A stretch of 64,000 nucleotides of DNA from the NCBI GenBank assembly GCA_001784555.1, contig MFRM01000005.1, forward strand, positions 99,802 through 163,801. The letters run 5' to 3'. Position 1 is the first letter of the stretch. Every line of letters starts with the position of its first letter. The notes beneath the pieces were generated by a model, which was given only the letters and a program-made list of their open reading frames with translations, was not told where the DNA came from and made no database searches. This stretch comes from Candidatus Melainabacteria bacterium RIFCSPHIGHO2_02_FULL_34_12 (GTDB taxonomy: Bacteria > Cyanobacteriota > Vampirovibrionia > 2-02-FULL-35-15). The position numbers and the translations under genes were made by a program. Positions 1 through 11,502 of this stretch are shown here, piece after piece.

Positions 1-176
1 AAGGGTATCAAGGGATTTATCCGGCAGAGTAGTTGATGAGGCATCATTTAATCCTGTATATAGAGAACTTGCCGCAAGAACCAGGCTTCAAAGAAATCAA
101 AATAGATTTGTAATCTCTGCCTGACTTTTCATTTTCATTTACTTATAAAATCTATCTGTTATTTGTATGGCAAAGT

Positions 177-950
177 ATGGCAAAACTAAAATTAATTTCT
201 TGGAACGTAAACGGAATAAGAGCTCAGCAAAAAAAAGGATTTGTCGAATGGCTAACAAAAACAAGTCCGGATATTCTATGTGTTCAGGAAACTAAGGCTC
301 ATATTGAGCAGCTAAATAACGAACTTATTAATCCTGACGGCTATAAATCTTTTTGGTCAAGCGGAGAAAAAAAAGGCTATAGCGGAGTTGCTACCTTTAC
401 AAAAAAAGAACCAAAAAAAATCGAATCTGGCCTTGGAGTAAAAAAATGTGACAGTGAAGGGAGGATTTTAATTACTGACTATGATGATTTCATCTTATTT
501 AATATTTATTTCCCAAATGGACAAAGAGACCAAGAAAGATTAAATTACAAGATGGGATTTTACGATGAGTTTTTAAAATATATTGATGACTTAAAAGAAA
601 AAGGTAAAAAAATAATTGTATGTGGTGATGTAAACACTGCTCATAAAGAAATAGATCTGGCTCGTCCTAAAGAAAACATAAATACAAGTGGGTTTTTACC
701 CATTGAAAGGAAATGGATGGATAAGCTTGTAGAACATGGTTACATAGATACTTTTAGAGAGTTTAATAAAGATAGCGGACACTACACTTACTGGGACCAG
801 ATTACAAGAGCCCGCGAAAGAAATGTAGGATGGAGGATTGATTACTTTTTTATTTCGCCAAATCTAAGAAAAAATTTAAAAAGCGCATTTATAATGTCAG
901 ATGTAATGGGTTCAGATCATTGTCCACTTGGAATTGAGATAGAACTATGA
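177..950 (+). CDS. xth: exodeoxyribonuclease III (AP endonuclease, Xth family)
   Basis: 257 aa; N-term [19 protein letters not shown]-fold motifs (QETK, DHCP) typical of ExoIII. Confidence 0.85.
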   Translation: MAKLKLISWNVNGIRAQQKKGFVEWLTKTSPDILCVQETKAHIEQLNNELINPDGYKSFWSSGEKKGYSGVATFTKKEPKKIESGLGVKKCDSEGRILITDYDDFILFNIYFPNGQRDQERLNYKMGFYDEFLKYIDDLKEKGKKIIVCGDVNTAHKEIDLARPKENINTSGFLPIERKWMDKLVEHGYIDTFREFNKDSGHYTYWDQITRARERNVGWRIDYFFISPNLRKNLKSAFIMSDVMGSDHCPLGIEIEL

Positions 951-1888
951 AGATATTAATAACAGGCGGAACAGGTTTTATAGGAAAAGCTCTAAGGAAA
1001 GAGTTGATTTTTAATAATCATGAGCTAACTATACTAAGTCGATATAAAAGAGAGGGCAGTGAGAAACTAAAATTTATATCATGGCACTGGAAACATCCAA
1101 AAGATTTGACAGAAATAATAGATGGAATGGATATTGTAATTAATCTTGCAGGTGAGTCTGTTGCAGGTAAAAAATGGACACCTGAACAAAAAGAAAAATT
1201 AAGAAGAAGCAGAATAGAAACTACAAAAGCAATTGTAGAAGCCATTAACAAATCAACAAAAAAACCAAAAAAATTAATCAGTGCATCAGCTGTCGGGATT
1301 TACGGCGACAGAAAAGATGAAAAAATTATCGAGGATTCTATTTTAGGATCTGATTTTTTAGCATCTATATGCAAAGACTGGGAACTTGAAGCAAGAAAAG
1401 TAGAGACTTGCCGTGGCACGTCTCTTGTAATCCTAAGATTTGGAATTGTTCTTGGAGCAAATGGCGGTGCACTAGAAAAAATATTGCCTCCATTTAAGAT
1501 GTTTATTGGCGGTCCATTAGGAGCAGGGAAACAGTATATGTCATGGATAGCACTTGATGATGTGGCTGGAATAATTAAATATGCTATTGATAATGATCAT
1601 ATTTCAGGAATATTTAATGCAACAGCACCAAATCCAGTAACAAATAAAGAGTTTTCAAATGTACTTGGAAAGATTTTAAACAGGCCATCGTTTATGCCAG
1701 TACCTGCATTTGCACTAAGGTTTTTAATGGGAGAAATGGCAGATATTGTACTCACAGGGCAAAAAGTTTTACCGGAAAGAGTACAAGCAGCAGGTTATGA
1801 ATTTAAATATGAAAAACTAAGAGATGCTCTTAAAAGTATCTTAAAAGAATCAGCAGCGGGAAGCCCGAGCTTGTCGAGGACTATATAA
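947..1888 (+). CDS. NAD-dependent epimerase/dehydratase family protein (TIGR01777/YfcH-like)
   Basis: 313 aa; Rossmann GGTGFIG at N-term; start overlaps xth stop (ATGA). Confidence 0.7.
   Translation: MKILITGGTGFIGKALRKELIFNNHELTILSRYKREGSEKLKFISWHWKHPKDLTEIIDGMDIVINLAGESVAGKKWTPEQKEKLRRSRIETTKAIVEAINKSTKKPKKLISASAVGIYGDRKDEKIIEDSILGSDFLASICKDWELEARKVETCRGTSLVILRFGIVLGANGGALEKILPPFKMFIGGPLGAGKQYMSWIALDDVAGIIKYAIDNDHISGIFNATAPNPVTNKEFSNVLGKILNRPSFMPVPAFALRFLMGEMADIVLTGQKVLPERVQAAGYEFKYEKLRDALKSILKESAAGSPSLSRTI
1400..1427. repeat. 28-bp GTAG...CTAC palindromic element, degenerate copy, in frame in epimerase gene
   Basis: gtagagacttgccgtggcacgtctcttg; arms agagacNtgcc pair with 1 mismatch; encodes [10 protein letters not shown]. 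Confidence 0.5.
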
Positions 1889-1894
1889 AAAAGT

Positions 1895-1967
<73 letters not shown>

Positions 1968-2143
1968 AAACGACAGAATATTTATAGCACCTTTTTCATT
2001 ATAAAAAATTGTATCCCTAATTTCTTATTATTTTTCTTATTTGTTTTACTTGTCAAAGTCAAACCGGCAGATTTTCCTTATCTGTTTCTTTCGCAAATAA
2101 ACTTACTATTGCATGATTTTGATTCTCAAAAATCATTTATTCA

Positions 2144-3283
2144 TCAAACGGTCAATCTCTTCTTTTCTATCAATTTATTATTTATTAAGTTATGAAAAAC
2201 AAAATTTGGTGTCAACAGCTTCATGCAGCTTAAATGAGAACATTGAACCTTCACATCACATGGCTGGCATGGTAATAGCTGATTTAACCTAAGAGGAAAT
2301 ACTGATCGTCCGATGGGAAGCCATTTTTCAGGTCTTGTTGGTCCATATAAAACATAAGTAGGTATTCCTGAAGCTGCTGCCAAATGTGCATTTCCTGAAT
2401 CTGTAGAAATTGCCAGATCAAGTCCTTTATAAACCGAATAGCATTCTCTTAAATTAGTTAATCCGCACAAATCAAGAAATTTAAATTTTTTTCTATTCTC
2501 ACAAAGTTTAATAATCTCCTCATAGACTAATTTATCTGATTTAGCTCCTGTAAAAACAAACTGTGCTTCATATTCTTTAAATAAATAATCCATAAGCTTT
2601 GCAAAATACCTTTTAGGCCATTGTTTATATGGATGTGCACTACTAGCATGAATAAGAACTTTTGGTTTGTAACGATCGAGCCTGACTAAAAATCCATTAG
2701 CTTTGGATTTTTCAAAATCTGTCGGGAAAATTTCAGGGCTGTACCTGTAAGGTTCAATTCCAATTACCCTTAAGCAGTTTAAATAATTATCTAATTCATG
2801 AATATTTTTGTCGTATTTTACTGGATGTGTTAGTAGAAAAGAGCGAAGTTCAGTATTAAATCCTACTTTATACTTAATACCTGAAAGTGCTGCTAGAAGT
2901 GCACTTGAAAAGGAACGTTTTAAAACAAATGCGAGATCGTAATTTTCACTACGTAAACCCTTGGCACAATCTATAAATGAATTATATGTTGTATAAGTCT
3001 CGCCCTTTCGCCGGCTCGCCTCATTGCCGGTTCGTTCATATTTATGAAATTTAGAATTGTCATAGTAAAAAATATTATTTAAATCTGGATTTCCTTCAAG
3101 GATTTCCCCGCTATTTGGTGATACCAGAATATCTATCTGCACATCTGGGAAATGTTTTCTGACATTTTTTATAAAAGGGATGGTAAGAACTGTATCGCCG
3201 ATAAATCTGTAGCGAAGGATTAAAATTTTTTTTATGGTTTTTGTATCTAACATTTTTATACGTGAATTGCTTCTCCTAGACAA
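2144..3283 (-). CDS. glycosyltransferase family 9 (LPS heptosyltransferase-like)
   Basis: 379 aa; N-term ILILRYRFIGDTVLTIPFIKNVRKHFPD typical of GT9 heptosyltransferases. Confidence 0.7.
   Translation of the reverse strand: MSRRSNSRIKMLDTKTIKKILILRYRFIGDTVLTIPFIKNVRKHFPDVQIDILVSPNSGEILEGNPDLNNIFYYDNSKFHKYERTGNEASRRKGETYTTYNSFIDCAKGLRSENYDLAFVLKRSFSSALLAALSGIKYKVGFNTELRSFLLTHPVKYDKNIHELDNYLNCLRVIGIEPYRYSPEIFPTDFEKSKANGFLVRLDRYKPKVLIHASSAHPYKQWPKRYFAKLMDYLFKEYEAQFVFTGAKSDKLVYEEIIKLCENRKKFKFLDLCGLTNLRECYSVYKGLDLAISTDSGNAHLAAASGIPTYVLYGPTRPEKWLPIGRSVFPLRLNQLLPCQPCDVKVQCSHLSCMKLLTPNFVFHNLINNKLIEKKRLTV
3004..3034. repeat. possible degenerate copy of the xTxCGCCG octamer-tandem repeat family
   Basis: ttcgccggctcgcctcattgccggttcg, a GC-rich patch in an AT-rich gene, resembling ttcgccgatacgccgatacgccggttcgcc at 25305 and 58148. 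Confidence 0.3.
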
Positions 3284-4668
3284 TCCTCTAATGCTTCTAA
3301 CAGAACCTCAGAATATGTGGGATGGGCATGAATTGAATTTATGACTTCCTCTACGGTAAGTTCATTTTGCATGGCAATAACAATTTCATGTATGAGATTT
3401 GATGCTTCAGCTCCAATTATATGAGCTCCAAAGATTTTTTTTGTTTTTTCATCCATTAAAACTTTTGCAATGCCTTCTGTAAGCCCGCTGGCTTTAGCTT
3501 TTCCGCTTGACAGAAATAAATATTTCCCAGTTTTATAAGAAACATTACTATCTTTAAGTTCTTCTTCGGTTTTTCCTACAAAAGCAATTTCCGGATATCC
3601 AAATATACATGAAGGAATGACTGAGCCTGTGAACTCCCTGTTATTTCCGTTATTCCCGCAAATATTTGCTGCCACTGTACGTGCCTGATAGCTTGCAGTA
3701 TGTGCAAGCTGTGGGAATTTAGTTACATCTCCAATTGCCCAGATATTATGGACATTAGTTTTTAAAAACTTGTCGACTTTAATATAGTCCGGCAGTTCTA
3801 GTTCTACTTTACATTCAGCTAGTCCAAGGTTCTGCGTATTTGACTCTCTTCCAACAGAAATTAATACCTGATCAAATTCTTCTCTTATTTTTTCTGAAAT
3901 CTCTGTGCTTAAAAACTCAACAACTACCGAATCAGATTTTTTTTCAATAAATTTTGTAGCGAAGTTTGGTTTAAGATTTATCCCTCTGCGCTTCAGGCTG
4001 CGGACAAGATTTTCAGAAATTTCAGAATCAAGTATCGGGCATATTTTTTCTTTAATTTCAGAAATTGTAACTGTTGAACCAAGAAGATTATAAATCCTTG
4101 CAAACTCAATCCCTATGGGACCTGAACCAATAACTAGAAGATTTTTAGGAACAGCGGGAATATTCCAGATATGGTCGCTTGAAACAATTAGCTTTCCATC
4201 AAACTCAAACCCTGGAATTGATTTTGGTCTTGATCCTGTAGCAATTATTATTTCATCTGCAAATATGACCTGATTTCCGTCTTTAGAAGTGACTTGGATT
4301 TTTCCCTCAGCTAAAAGTTTCGCTTCTCCATGAATTAATTTAATTTGTTTTTTCATTAAAAGCTTTTCAAGTCCTTGTTGTAATTGCTTAATTACTTCGC
4401 TTTGAAAAGCTTTTAACCTTTCTATATTTATGCTTAAATTTTCTCCGTGAAATATTTTTTTCTTAATTACAGATTCTCGGAAGTGCTCAAAAAGGCTTAC
4501 ATGATCCAGTAGTGCCTTGGTCGGTATGCAGCCTACATTAAGGCATGTGCCGCCAATACCAGCTTTTTCAATTATGGTTACTTTATGATTTTCCTTACTT
4601 AGTAATACAGCAGCATGGTAGCCACCAGGACCTGAACCAATAATTACTATGTGTTTTTCCTTATTCAT
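3256..4668 (-). CDS. lpdA: dihydrolipoyl dehydrogenase
   Basis: 470 aa; FAD-binding GSGPGGY, redox-active GGTCLNVGCIPTK, C-terminal dimerisation HAHPTYSE. Confidence 0.85.
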   Translation of the reverse strand: MNKEKHIVIIGSGPGGYHAAVLLSKENHKVTIIEKAGIGGTCLNVGCIPTKALLDHVSLFEHFRESVIKKKIFHGENLSINIERLKAFQSEVIKQLQQGLEKLLMKKQIKLIHGEAKLLAEGKIQVTSKDGNQVIFADEIIIATGSRPKSIPGFEFDGKLIVSSDHIWNIPAVPKNLLVIGSGPIGIEFARIYNLLGSTVTISEIKEKICPILDSEISENLVRSLKRRGINLKPNFATKFIEKKSDSVVVEFLSTEISEKIREEFDQVLISVGRESNTQNLGLAECKVELELPDYIKVDKFLKTNVHNIWAIGDVTKFPQLAHTASYQARTVAANICGNNGNNREFTGSVIPSCIFGYPEIAFVGKTEEELKDSNVSYKTGKYLFLSSGKAKASGLTEGIAKVLMDEKTKKIFGAHIIGAEASNLIHEIVIAMQNELTVEEVINSIHAHPTYSEVLLEALEDCLGEAIHV

Positions 4669-5031
4669 TTCTTTTTACCTATTATGACAGAAATAAAAAA
4701 AGCTGTTAGTAATTTAACAGTAACTAATAAATATCTAGGAGGAAGCTGTTTGTTTAAAGACGATTTTGAAATACATGTAAGATTCTATTCTCTTTAATTA
4801 ACAACTTACAGACAAGTCATCTCCTTTAAAATTAAGTCTTTTTTAAGTTACTTACATTAAAAAGACTTCTCTACTACCTCTTATTAATTAAATTTATAAT
4901 AAAAAGAGATAAAAGATAAATAAGAAGTTAATTAGGTCTAAGCTTGTGGTTTATGGATAATTAGATATAAAATAGATGCCAGGGAAGTAGAAAAGTAAAA
5001 AACAGAATAATTAAGAGGTTTCTAATTAATT

Positions 5032-6177
5032 ATGGACGTAGAAGTTAAAACAGAATATTTAAAAAAAGTAGTTTCATGTACATCTAAAGCTACAGCAAAT
5101 AAAGCAATACAGCCTATTTTAAATAATTTACTTCTTTCATGCACAAATGGTTCACTAGTAGTTTCAGCTACAGATTTAGACCTAGCCATTGAATGTAAAT
5201 TACCTGCAGAGGTTTCAAAACCCGGGAAAGTTACACTGCCTGCTAAAAAATTTGATGAAATAGTAAGTAAGATACCAGGAGAAAACATAAATCTTTCAAT
5301 AGATAAAAACCAACTCACAAAAATCATAAGTGATAGATCTAAGTTTCAGATAAATGGAACCTCACCGGATGAGTTCCCGGAAATTATAAAAAAATCAGAA
5401 TTAGAAAATGTTTACACAATAAGTCAGGAAGAACTCTTACAGGCAATATCACTTACTTCTTTTGCCACTTCAAAATTTGAAACTACCAGTGTTTTATCCG
5501 GCGTAAATTTTGAAATTTCAGGTGATGAATTTGAAATTGGTGCAACAGACGGAAGTAGGTTAGCCAGATACATTGGAAATCTTTTAAATTCTAAAAAGGT
5601 CTCTAAAGAGCAAAAATCAAAACATGCAATAGTTATTCCATGGCGCGCAGTGACAGAGCTTGAAAGATTAATTACAAACTTTAAAGACGGAAATAATGAG
5701 GTTTCTTTTTATTTCATGCCTGGTCAGGTAATATTCCAGAACAATGATTTCTCACTAAGTACGAGATTAATTGATGGTAATTTTCCGGCTTATGACAAGT
5801 TAATCCCAAAAGAACAACCCCTGAAAGTTGAATTTTTAAGATCTGAGTTTTTATCATCACTTGAAAGAGTTGCAATTCTGGCAAATGAAAGAACTAATGT
5901 TATTAAACTTTCGCTGTCAAAAGGATCAAAAACTATGCAGCTAAGTGCAAACTCTCCTGACTATGGAAATGCTACAGATGAAGTCGATGTCACTTATTCT
6001 GGCGATGATTTGGATATAGCATTTAATTACAGATATATGTCTGAGGCGCTTAGAAATTTAAGAATTGATAAGCTTGTTATTCAGCTTGAGGGTTCTTTAA
6101 GTCCAATTGTCTTAAAACCAAATGAAAAAGTAAATTACAATTATACATACCTTGTAATGCCTGTCCAGATTAGATAA
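5032..6177 (+). CDS. dnaN: DNA polymerase III beta sliding clamp
   Basis: 381 aa; three-domain clamp-like sequence; 360-bp AT-rich non-coding region upstream. Confidence 0.75.
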   Translation: MDVEVKTEYLKKVVSCTSKATANKAIQPILNNLLLSCTNGSLVVSATDLDLAIECKLPAEVSKPGKVTLPAKKFDEIVSKIPGENINLSIDKNQLTKIISDRSKFQINGTSPDEFPEIIKKSELENVYTISQEELLQAISLTSFATSKFETTSVLSGVNFEISGDEFEIGATDGSRLARYIGNLLNSKKVSKEQKSKHAIVIPWRAVTELERLITNFKDGNNEVSFYFMPGQVIFQNNDFSLSTRLIDGNFPAYDKLIPKEQPLKVEFLRSEFLSSLERVAILANERTNVIKLSLSKGSKTMQLSANSPDYGNATDEVDVTYSGDDLDIAFNYRYMSEALRNLRIDKLVIQLEGSLSPIVLKPNEKVNYNYTYLVMPVQIR

Positions 6178-6188
6178 ATTGAAACAAA

Positions 6189-7577
6189 ATGGCTGTAACT
6201 ACCCAGTTTAATGCTTTATTTTCCACCTCTGAAATCAAAGAACTTTTTGGATTTGAAATCCAGGGGTCTAATGAATTCTCACTTTCTACTGATTCAAGAT
6301 CAATAACAAAAGATCAAATTTTTATTCCCCTGTTCGGAGAAAAATTTGACGGACATGATTTTATAAATGATGTCATGGATAGAAATGTAAGGGCTTGCCA
6401 TGGCAAGCCCTTACCAGTGTTTTGTCAACAAGACAAATTATTTAAAGTGCAAGATAAATATAAATCAAACCTTATTCTTGTAGAAAATACACTTGAAGCT
6501 TATCAAAAACTAGCAAATTACCATAGAAAAAAACTAAAAGCAAAAGTTATTACTATCACCGGCAGCTCGGGAAAAACCACAGTAAAAGAACTTATTGCAT
6601 CTGTACTTTCACAAAAATATAAAGTTCATAAAACAGAAGCAAACTATAACAATGAAATCGGAGTTCCTAAAACCATTCTTGAAACCACACCAGATACGGA
6701 AGTGCTAGTGCTTGAACTAGCAATGAGAGCAAAAGGTGAAATCAGACTTTTATCTGAAATATCTGAACCAGACATTGCCATTATTATAAATGTTGGTTCT
6801 GCTCATATAGGACGACTTGGAAGCTTAAGTAACATCATAGAAGCTAAATGTGAAATATTTGAACATGTAAAAAAAGGTGGGATTGGGATTATACATAAGA
6901 ATGGACAATTAATTGATTATCTAAATACAAAAGATCTTAAAAATATAAATGACTTTATAAAATTTGATATTTCAGATTTAGAAGCCAAAGTTCTTTTTAA
7001 AGACGGTAAGTCAAAGTTTATTTTAGACGGAGAAGAATATTTCATTAATGCACAAGGCAAAACACATATTTTAAATTCAATCCTTGTCATAAAGCTTGCT
7101 AAAAAACTTGGCCTAAATAAGAATGAAATTCAAAATGGTCTTTCAAAATTTAAAATACCTGAAGGACGTGGTAATGTTCTTAAGATAAAGGATGAGGTGT
7201 ATATAATTGACGAATCTTATAATGCAAATCCAGATTCACTGAAGGCAGCAGTTTTAAATTTAGTTGATTCCTGGAGTGAGGACTATAAAAAAGTTTTAGT
7301 CATAGGCGAGCTGGCTGAGCTTGGAGAGCAGCAGGTGGGCTTATTAACTGAACTTGGCATATGGTTAAGAGATAAACCAATATACAAATTGATTACGGTG
7401 GGGACTAAACTTAATACGCTAGCCTCATCTTTAAGTTCTAAAAATGTTGCAAATGTTGCAAATACTGATGAGTGCTGTGCTATCTTAAATGATATTCTTG
7501 TCCCTAAAACAGTTGCACTTATAAAGGGCTCACATGTTGCAGGACTGAATAAGGTAATAAATTATTTTCTAAAATAA
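6189..7577 (+). CDS. murF: Mur ligase family, probably UDP-MurNAc-tripeptide--D-Ala-D-Ala ligase
   Basis: 462 aa; ATP-binding ITGSSGKTT motif, Mur ligase middle and C domains. Confidence 0.6.
   Translation: MAVTTQFNALFSTSEIKELFGFEIQGSNEFSLSTDSRSITKDQIFIPLFGEKFDGHDFINDVMDRNVRACHGKPLPVFCQQDKLFKVQDKYKSNLILVENTLEAYQKLANYHRKKLKAKVITITGSSGKTTVKELIASVLSQKYKVHKTEANYNNEIGVPKTILETTPDTEVLVLELAMRAKGEIRLLSEISEPDIAIIINVGSAHIGRLGSLSNIIEAKCEIFEHVKKGGIGIIHKNGQLIDYLNTKDLKNINDFIKFDISDLEAKVLFKDGKSKFILDGEEYFINAQGKTHILNSILVIKLAKKLGLNKNEIQNGLSKFKIPEGRGNVLKIKDEVYIIDESYNANPDSLKAAVLNLVDSWSEDYKKVLVIGELAELGEQQVGLLTELGIWLRDKPIYKLITVGTKLNTLASSLSSKNVANVANTDECCAILNDILVPKTVALIKGSHVAGLNKVINYFLK
6387..6414. repeat. 28-bp GTAG...CTAC-type palindromic element (perfect), in frame in murF
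   Basis: gtaagggcttgccatggcaagcccttac is its own reverse complement; encodes VRACHGKPL. Confidence 0.8.
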
Positions 7578-7590
7578 GAAGGAAACTTTC

Positions 7591-8895
7591 ATGGATAGAC
7601 CAAGGATTAAAACTGATCTTACTAACTATTTTGGCTTGGAACAAGGTACTGATTTCAGAGGACAGCAGGATAAAGTTTTCAGCATAATTTCAAGTCTTTA
7701 TAACTCAAAAGCTAACATTCCTAGTATGACTGGCTGGTTAAATCTACCTCATGAAACACAGTCCTTCGATGATATAAATAAGTTTGTATCAGATATAAAA
7801 AACTCGGATAAATATGAACATCTTTTAGTCTTTGGAATTGGCGGATCCAGCCTCGGTGCACAAGCACTTATTGAAGCATTAAACACTCCGCTCTGGAACA
7901 GGCTTTCACGTGGAAAAAGAAAAGGTTTTCTAACCGTTGATTTTATTGATAATCTTGACCCGGGAATTATAAGAACTATCTTAAGCAGACTTAAGCTTGA
8001 CCAGACATTATTTGTAATTATTTCAAAAACCGGCGGAACAGTAGAAACTGTAGTTCCTATGCTTATTGCAAAAGAATGGGCAGAAGAAAGCGGAATAAAT
8101 TTCTTTAAACAATGTGTTTTTATAACCACAAAAAATAAAGGTCTTTTATCTGATCTGTCTCAAAAGCATGGAGCACCTTTGTTTCCCATTCCTGAAAATG
8201 TAGGCGGCAGATATTCTATGTTTTCCCCCGTAGGACTTTTACCTGCTGCGCTCTGTGGAATTGATATAAATGAAGTAAGAGCTGGATTGCTTGAAGCTGA
8301 TCGTATTTCTCAGGTCCAGGATTTAAAAGCAAATATTGCAGCCAGCATTGCACTTGCTGCTTTCTTTTCTTATCAGAATGGGAAAAATATTTTTGTGCTT
8401 ATGCCTTACTCTACATCCATGAAGCGTTTTGTGGACTGGTTTGTACAATTATGGGCAGAATCACTTGGAAAATCAAAAAAAGGTTCAACACCACTTCCTT
8501 CTATTGGTGCTACAGATCAACATTCACAAATCCAAATGTTTAATGAAGGACCGAACGATAAACTTATCTGCTTTCTAAAAATAAATAAACATAAAAGAGA
8601 TTTAACGGTGCCTGATTATTCCAGTGAGTCACCTGAGTTTAGACCCTATGCTGGACATAAAGTAGGTGAGATATTAAATATTGAGCTGGATGCTACACGT
8701 CGTGCACTTACTGAAAACCAAAGATCAAATATTTTAATTACGCTTCCTGAGCTCGATGAATATTACATTTCACAGCTTATGTTTATATTAGAAGTTTCTA
8801 CTGCAATTTGCGGGCACCTTTTAGGTGTAAATCCATTTGATCAGCCTGGAGTAGAGCTAGCAAAAAGATACACGAAAGAAGCACTATCAAACTAG
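7591..8895 (+). CDS. pgi: glucose-6-phosphate isomerase
   Basis: 434 aa; SIS-domain motifs FGIGGSSLG and GGRYS. Confidence 0.8.
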   Translation: MDRPRIKTDLTNYFGLEQGTDFRGQQDKVFSIISSLYNSKANIPSMTGWLNLPHETQSFDDINKFVSDIKNSDKYEHLLVFGIGGSSLGAQALIEALNTPLWNRLSRGKRKGFLTVDFIDNLDPGIIRTILSRLKLDQTLFVIISKTGGTVETVVPMLIAKEWAEESGINFFKQCVFITTKNKGLLSDLSQKHGAPLFPIPENVGGRYSMFSPVGLLPAALCGIDINEVRAGLLEADRISQVQDLKANIAASIALAAFFSYQNGKNIFVLMPYSTSMKRFVDWFVQLWAESLGKSKKGSTPLPSIGATDQHSQIQMFNEGPNDKLICFLKINKHKRDLTVPDYSSESPEFRPYAGHKVGEILNIELDATRRALTENQRSNILITLPELDEYYISQLMFILEVSTAICGHLLGVNPFDQPGVELAKRYTKEALSN

Positions 8896-8914
8896 GCTAG
8901 GATAATTACCCTAA

Positions 8915-9670
8915 CTACCTCACTGCCACCATTTCTTTTTTCATAAGCTCTTTTATTTGTTTTATTGAAACATCTTTATAGTGAAGTATTGATGCCAGTA
9001 GTGCAGCATCACAATTTGTCTTTTTAAAAACCTCTGTCACATGCTCAATTTTTCCTGCACCGCCAGATGCAATTACTGGAACATTTACTGCATCTACCAC
9101 AGCTTTTGTAAGTTCAATGTCATATCCTTCTTTTGTACCGTCAGCATCCATACTGGTAAGTAAAATTTCACCAGCACCCAGTGATACCGCTTTTTTAGCC
9201 CATTCAATAACATCTAGTCCGGTGTTTTCACGCCCGCCTTTTATGTAGACTTTCCATTTCGCTGCTTTCTCTTTCTTTGCATCAATGGCTAAAACAATAC
9301 ACTGTGAACCAAATGCCCTTGCCCCTTCTTTTATAAGATCAGGATTTTTAATTGCTGAAGTATTAATAGTGATTTTATCAGCGCCGGCACGTAAAATATC
9401 TTTCATTTGATCTACAGTAGAAATCCCGCCACCTACTGTAAATGGAATAAATACTTGCTTTGCTACAGCCTCGACAATTTCAATTATTGTTTTTCTTTCC
9501 TCATGGCTTGCAGTTATATCCAAAAAACAAAGCTCATCAGCGCCCTGTTCGTTATAATATTTAGCCAGCTCAACAGGATCACCGGCGTCTTTAAGATTTA
9601 AAAACTTAGTGCCTTTGACAACACGTCCGTCTTTTATGTCAAGGCAGGGGATTATACGCTTGGCTAGCAT
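8915..9670 (-). CDS. hisF: imidazole glycerol phosphate synthase cyclase subunit HisF-like (orphan; possibly WbuZ-type)
   Basis: 251 aa; [11 protein letters not shown], (beta/alpha)8 HisF signature GADK and SGGAG; no other his genes nearby. Confidence 0.75.
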   Translation of the reverse strand: MLAKRIIPCLDIKDGRVVKGTKFLNLKDAGDPVELAKYYNEQGADELCFLDITASHEERKTIIEIVEAVAKQVFIPFTVGGGISTVDQMKDILRAGADKITINTSAIKNPDLIKEGARAFGSQCIVLAIDAKKEKAAKWKVYIKGGRENTGLDVIEWAKKAVSLGAGEILLTSMDADGTKEGYDIELTKAVVDAVNVPVIASGGAGKIEHVTEVFKKTNCDAALLASILHYKDVSIKQIKELMKKEMVAVR

Positions 9671-9679
9671 AGATTAATT

Positions 9680-11479
9680 TTACTTCGGCTCAACCACTCT
9701 AATAGAAAGCTCTTTTAACTGTTTATCTGATACTTCACTGGGTGCTTCAGTAAGCGGGCAGCTGGCGTTTTGGGTTTTAGGGAATGCAATAACATCACGG
9801 ATAGATTTATTTCCTGTTAGCAGCATTACTAACCTGTCTAAACCCAGTGCCAGACCGCCATGTGGAGGTGCTCCTAAACTTAATGCATCCAGTAAAAATC
9901 CAAATTTATCTTTAGCAGTATTTTCATCCAGTCCTAATATTTTAAACACCTTGCTTTGAAGTTCCATATCGTGAATTCTTATGCTGCCACCGCCTATTTC
10001 AGTTCCGTTATAAACAATGTCATAAGCTGCTGCTTTGGCTACTTCTGGATTTGAATCTAATAAATGAATGTCTTCAGGTTTCGGAGAGGTAAACGGATGA
10101 TTTACTGAGTTTAGTCTTTTTTCCACTGGATCATATTCAAAGACTGGAAAGTTTACAAGCCAAGTCATAGCATGTTTAGTTTCATCAATGAGCCCGAGTT
10201 TTTCTCCCAGATGAAGTCTTAGTCTTCCTAATGCCTGAGCAACTATTTTTGGTTTGTCTGCCACAAAAAGTAAAGTATCACCAGATTTTACACCAGCTTT
10301 ATTTTTCATTTCATTTATTTCTTCATCTTTAAAAAATTTAACTATGGGTGAACTTACCTGACCGTCAGATTTAAATGTAATCCATGCAAGTCCTTTTGCC
10401 CCGAACTCTTTAGACATAGTGAGTGCTTTTAAATCATCCATTTCTTTTCTGGAATACTCAGATATTCCAGAAACACAGAGACATTTAACTTCTCCGTTTG
10501 ACTTTGCAATTTCACTAAATGACTTAAACTCACTTTTTGCCATTATGTCAGTAAGGTCTACAAACTCAAGGCTAAATCTAAGATCAGGTTTGTCTGAACC
10601 ATAAAGAGACATAGCTTTGTCATAGTCCATTCTGGGAAAGGGTTTGCTTAGTTTTATTCCAGCTACATTAAATGCACTTATCAAAACCTCTTCCACAGCA
10701 CCTATAACATCTTCCATATCAATAAATGACATCTCTATGTCTACCTGTGTAAATTCAGGCTGTCTGTCTGCTCTTAAATCTTCATCACGAAAGCACCTGG
10801 CGATTTGATAGTATTTCGGGAAGCCGCTTATCATGAAAAGTTGTTTAAAAAGCTGCGGTGACTGTGGCAGTGCAAAAAACTTGCCCGGCTGGACTCTGCT
10901 TGGGACCAGATAGTCCCTGGCGCCTTCAGGAGTGGCTTTAGTGAGAATAGGAGATTCCAGCTCATAAAACCCCAGATTATTTAAAGTGTTTCTAATTGCT
11001 TGTGTAATTTTATGCCGTGTAATAAAAGTTTTTTGCATTTTTTCTCTACGCAGATCTAAGAAGCGATATTTTAGTCTGACATTTTCATCTACATCTTCTG
11101 CCTGATCCAGCGTAAAAGGAAGCGGTCTTGATTTATTTAAAAGCTCTATCTCCGCAGGATACATTTCTATAGTACCGGTAGGAAGATTTGAGTTTTCAGT
11201 GCCTTGTGGGCGTTTAGTCACAGGACCTTTTACAATTACCACATATTCATTATGCAGATGTTCAAAAACTTTGTGTACTTCTTTATTCTTAGCCGGATCG
11301 GCTACTATCTGGAAGCGTCCAGAATGATCCCTAAGTTCAATAAAAATAATTCCACCAAGATCCCGCGTAGTGTCTACCCAGCCGCCTACTGTAATAGGTT
11401 TTCCAATATCTGATTCTTTTAATTCTCCGCAAAAATGAGAACGTTTTAATTTTGTTTTAGTTGTAACTTCGGTTGACAT
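9680..11479 (-). CDS. aspS: aspartate--tRNA ligase
   Basis: 599 aa bacterial-type; class II motifs [16 protein letters not shown] and [11 protein letters not shown] insertion domain. Confidence 0.9.
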   Translation of the reverse strand: MSTEVTTKTKLKRSHFCGELKESDIGKPITVGGWVDTTRDLGGIIFIELRDHSGRFQIVADPAKNKEVHKVFEHLHNEYVVIVKGPVTKRPQGTENSNLPTGTIEMYPAEIELLNKSRPLPFTLDQAEDVDENVRLKYRFLDLRREKMQKTFITRHKITQAIRNTLNNLGFYELESPILTKATPEGARDYLVPSRVQPGKFFALPQSPQLFKQLFMISGFPKYYQIARCFRDEDLRADRQPEFTQVDIEMSFIDMEDVIGAVEEVLISAFNVAGIKLSKPFPRMDYDKAMSLYGSDKPDLRFSLEFVDLTDIMAKSEFKSFSEIAKSNGEVKCLCVSGISEYSRKEMDDLKALTMSKEFGAKGLAWITFKSDGQVSSPIVKFFKDEEINEMKNKAGVKSGDTLLFVADKPKIVAQALGRLRLHLGEKLGLIDETKHAMTWLVNFPVFEYDPVEKRLNSVNHPFTSPKPEDIHLLDSNPEVAKAAAYDIVYNGTEIGGGSIRIHDMELQSKVFKILGLDENTAKDKFGFLLDALSLGAPPHGGLALGLDRLVMLLTGNKSIRDVIAFPKTQNASCPLTEAPSEVSDKQLKELSIRVVEPK

Positions 11480-11502
11480 TAGATTTTATATTTTACCGCA
11501 GG

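Noticed and set aside
10900-10925. gggaccagatagtccctgg in aspS, resembling the GTAGGGACCAG subfamily
   Set aside because: Only 5-bp arms pair, there are no GTAG/CTAC ends, and the region encodes a conserved AspRS segment; probably chance.
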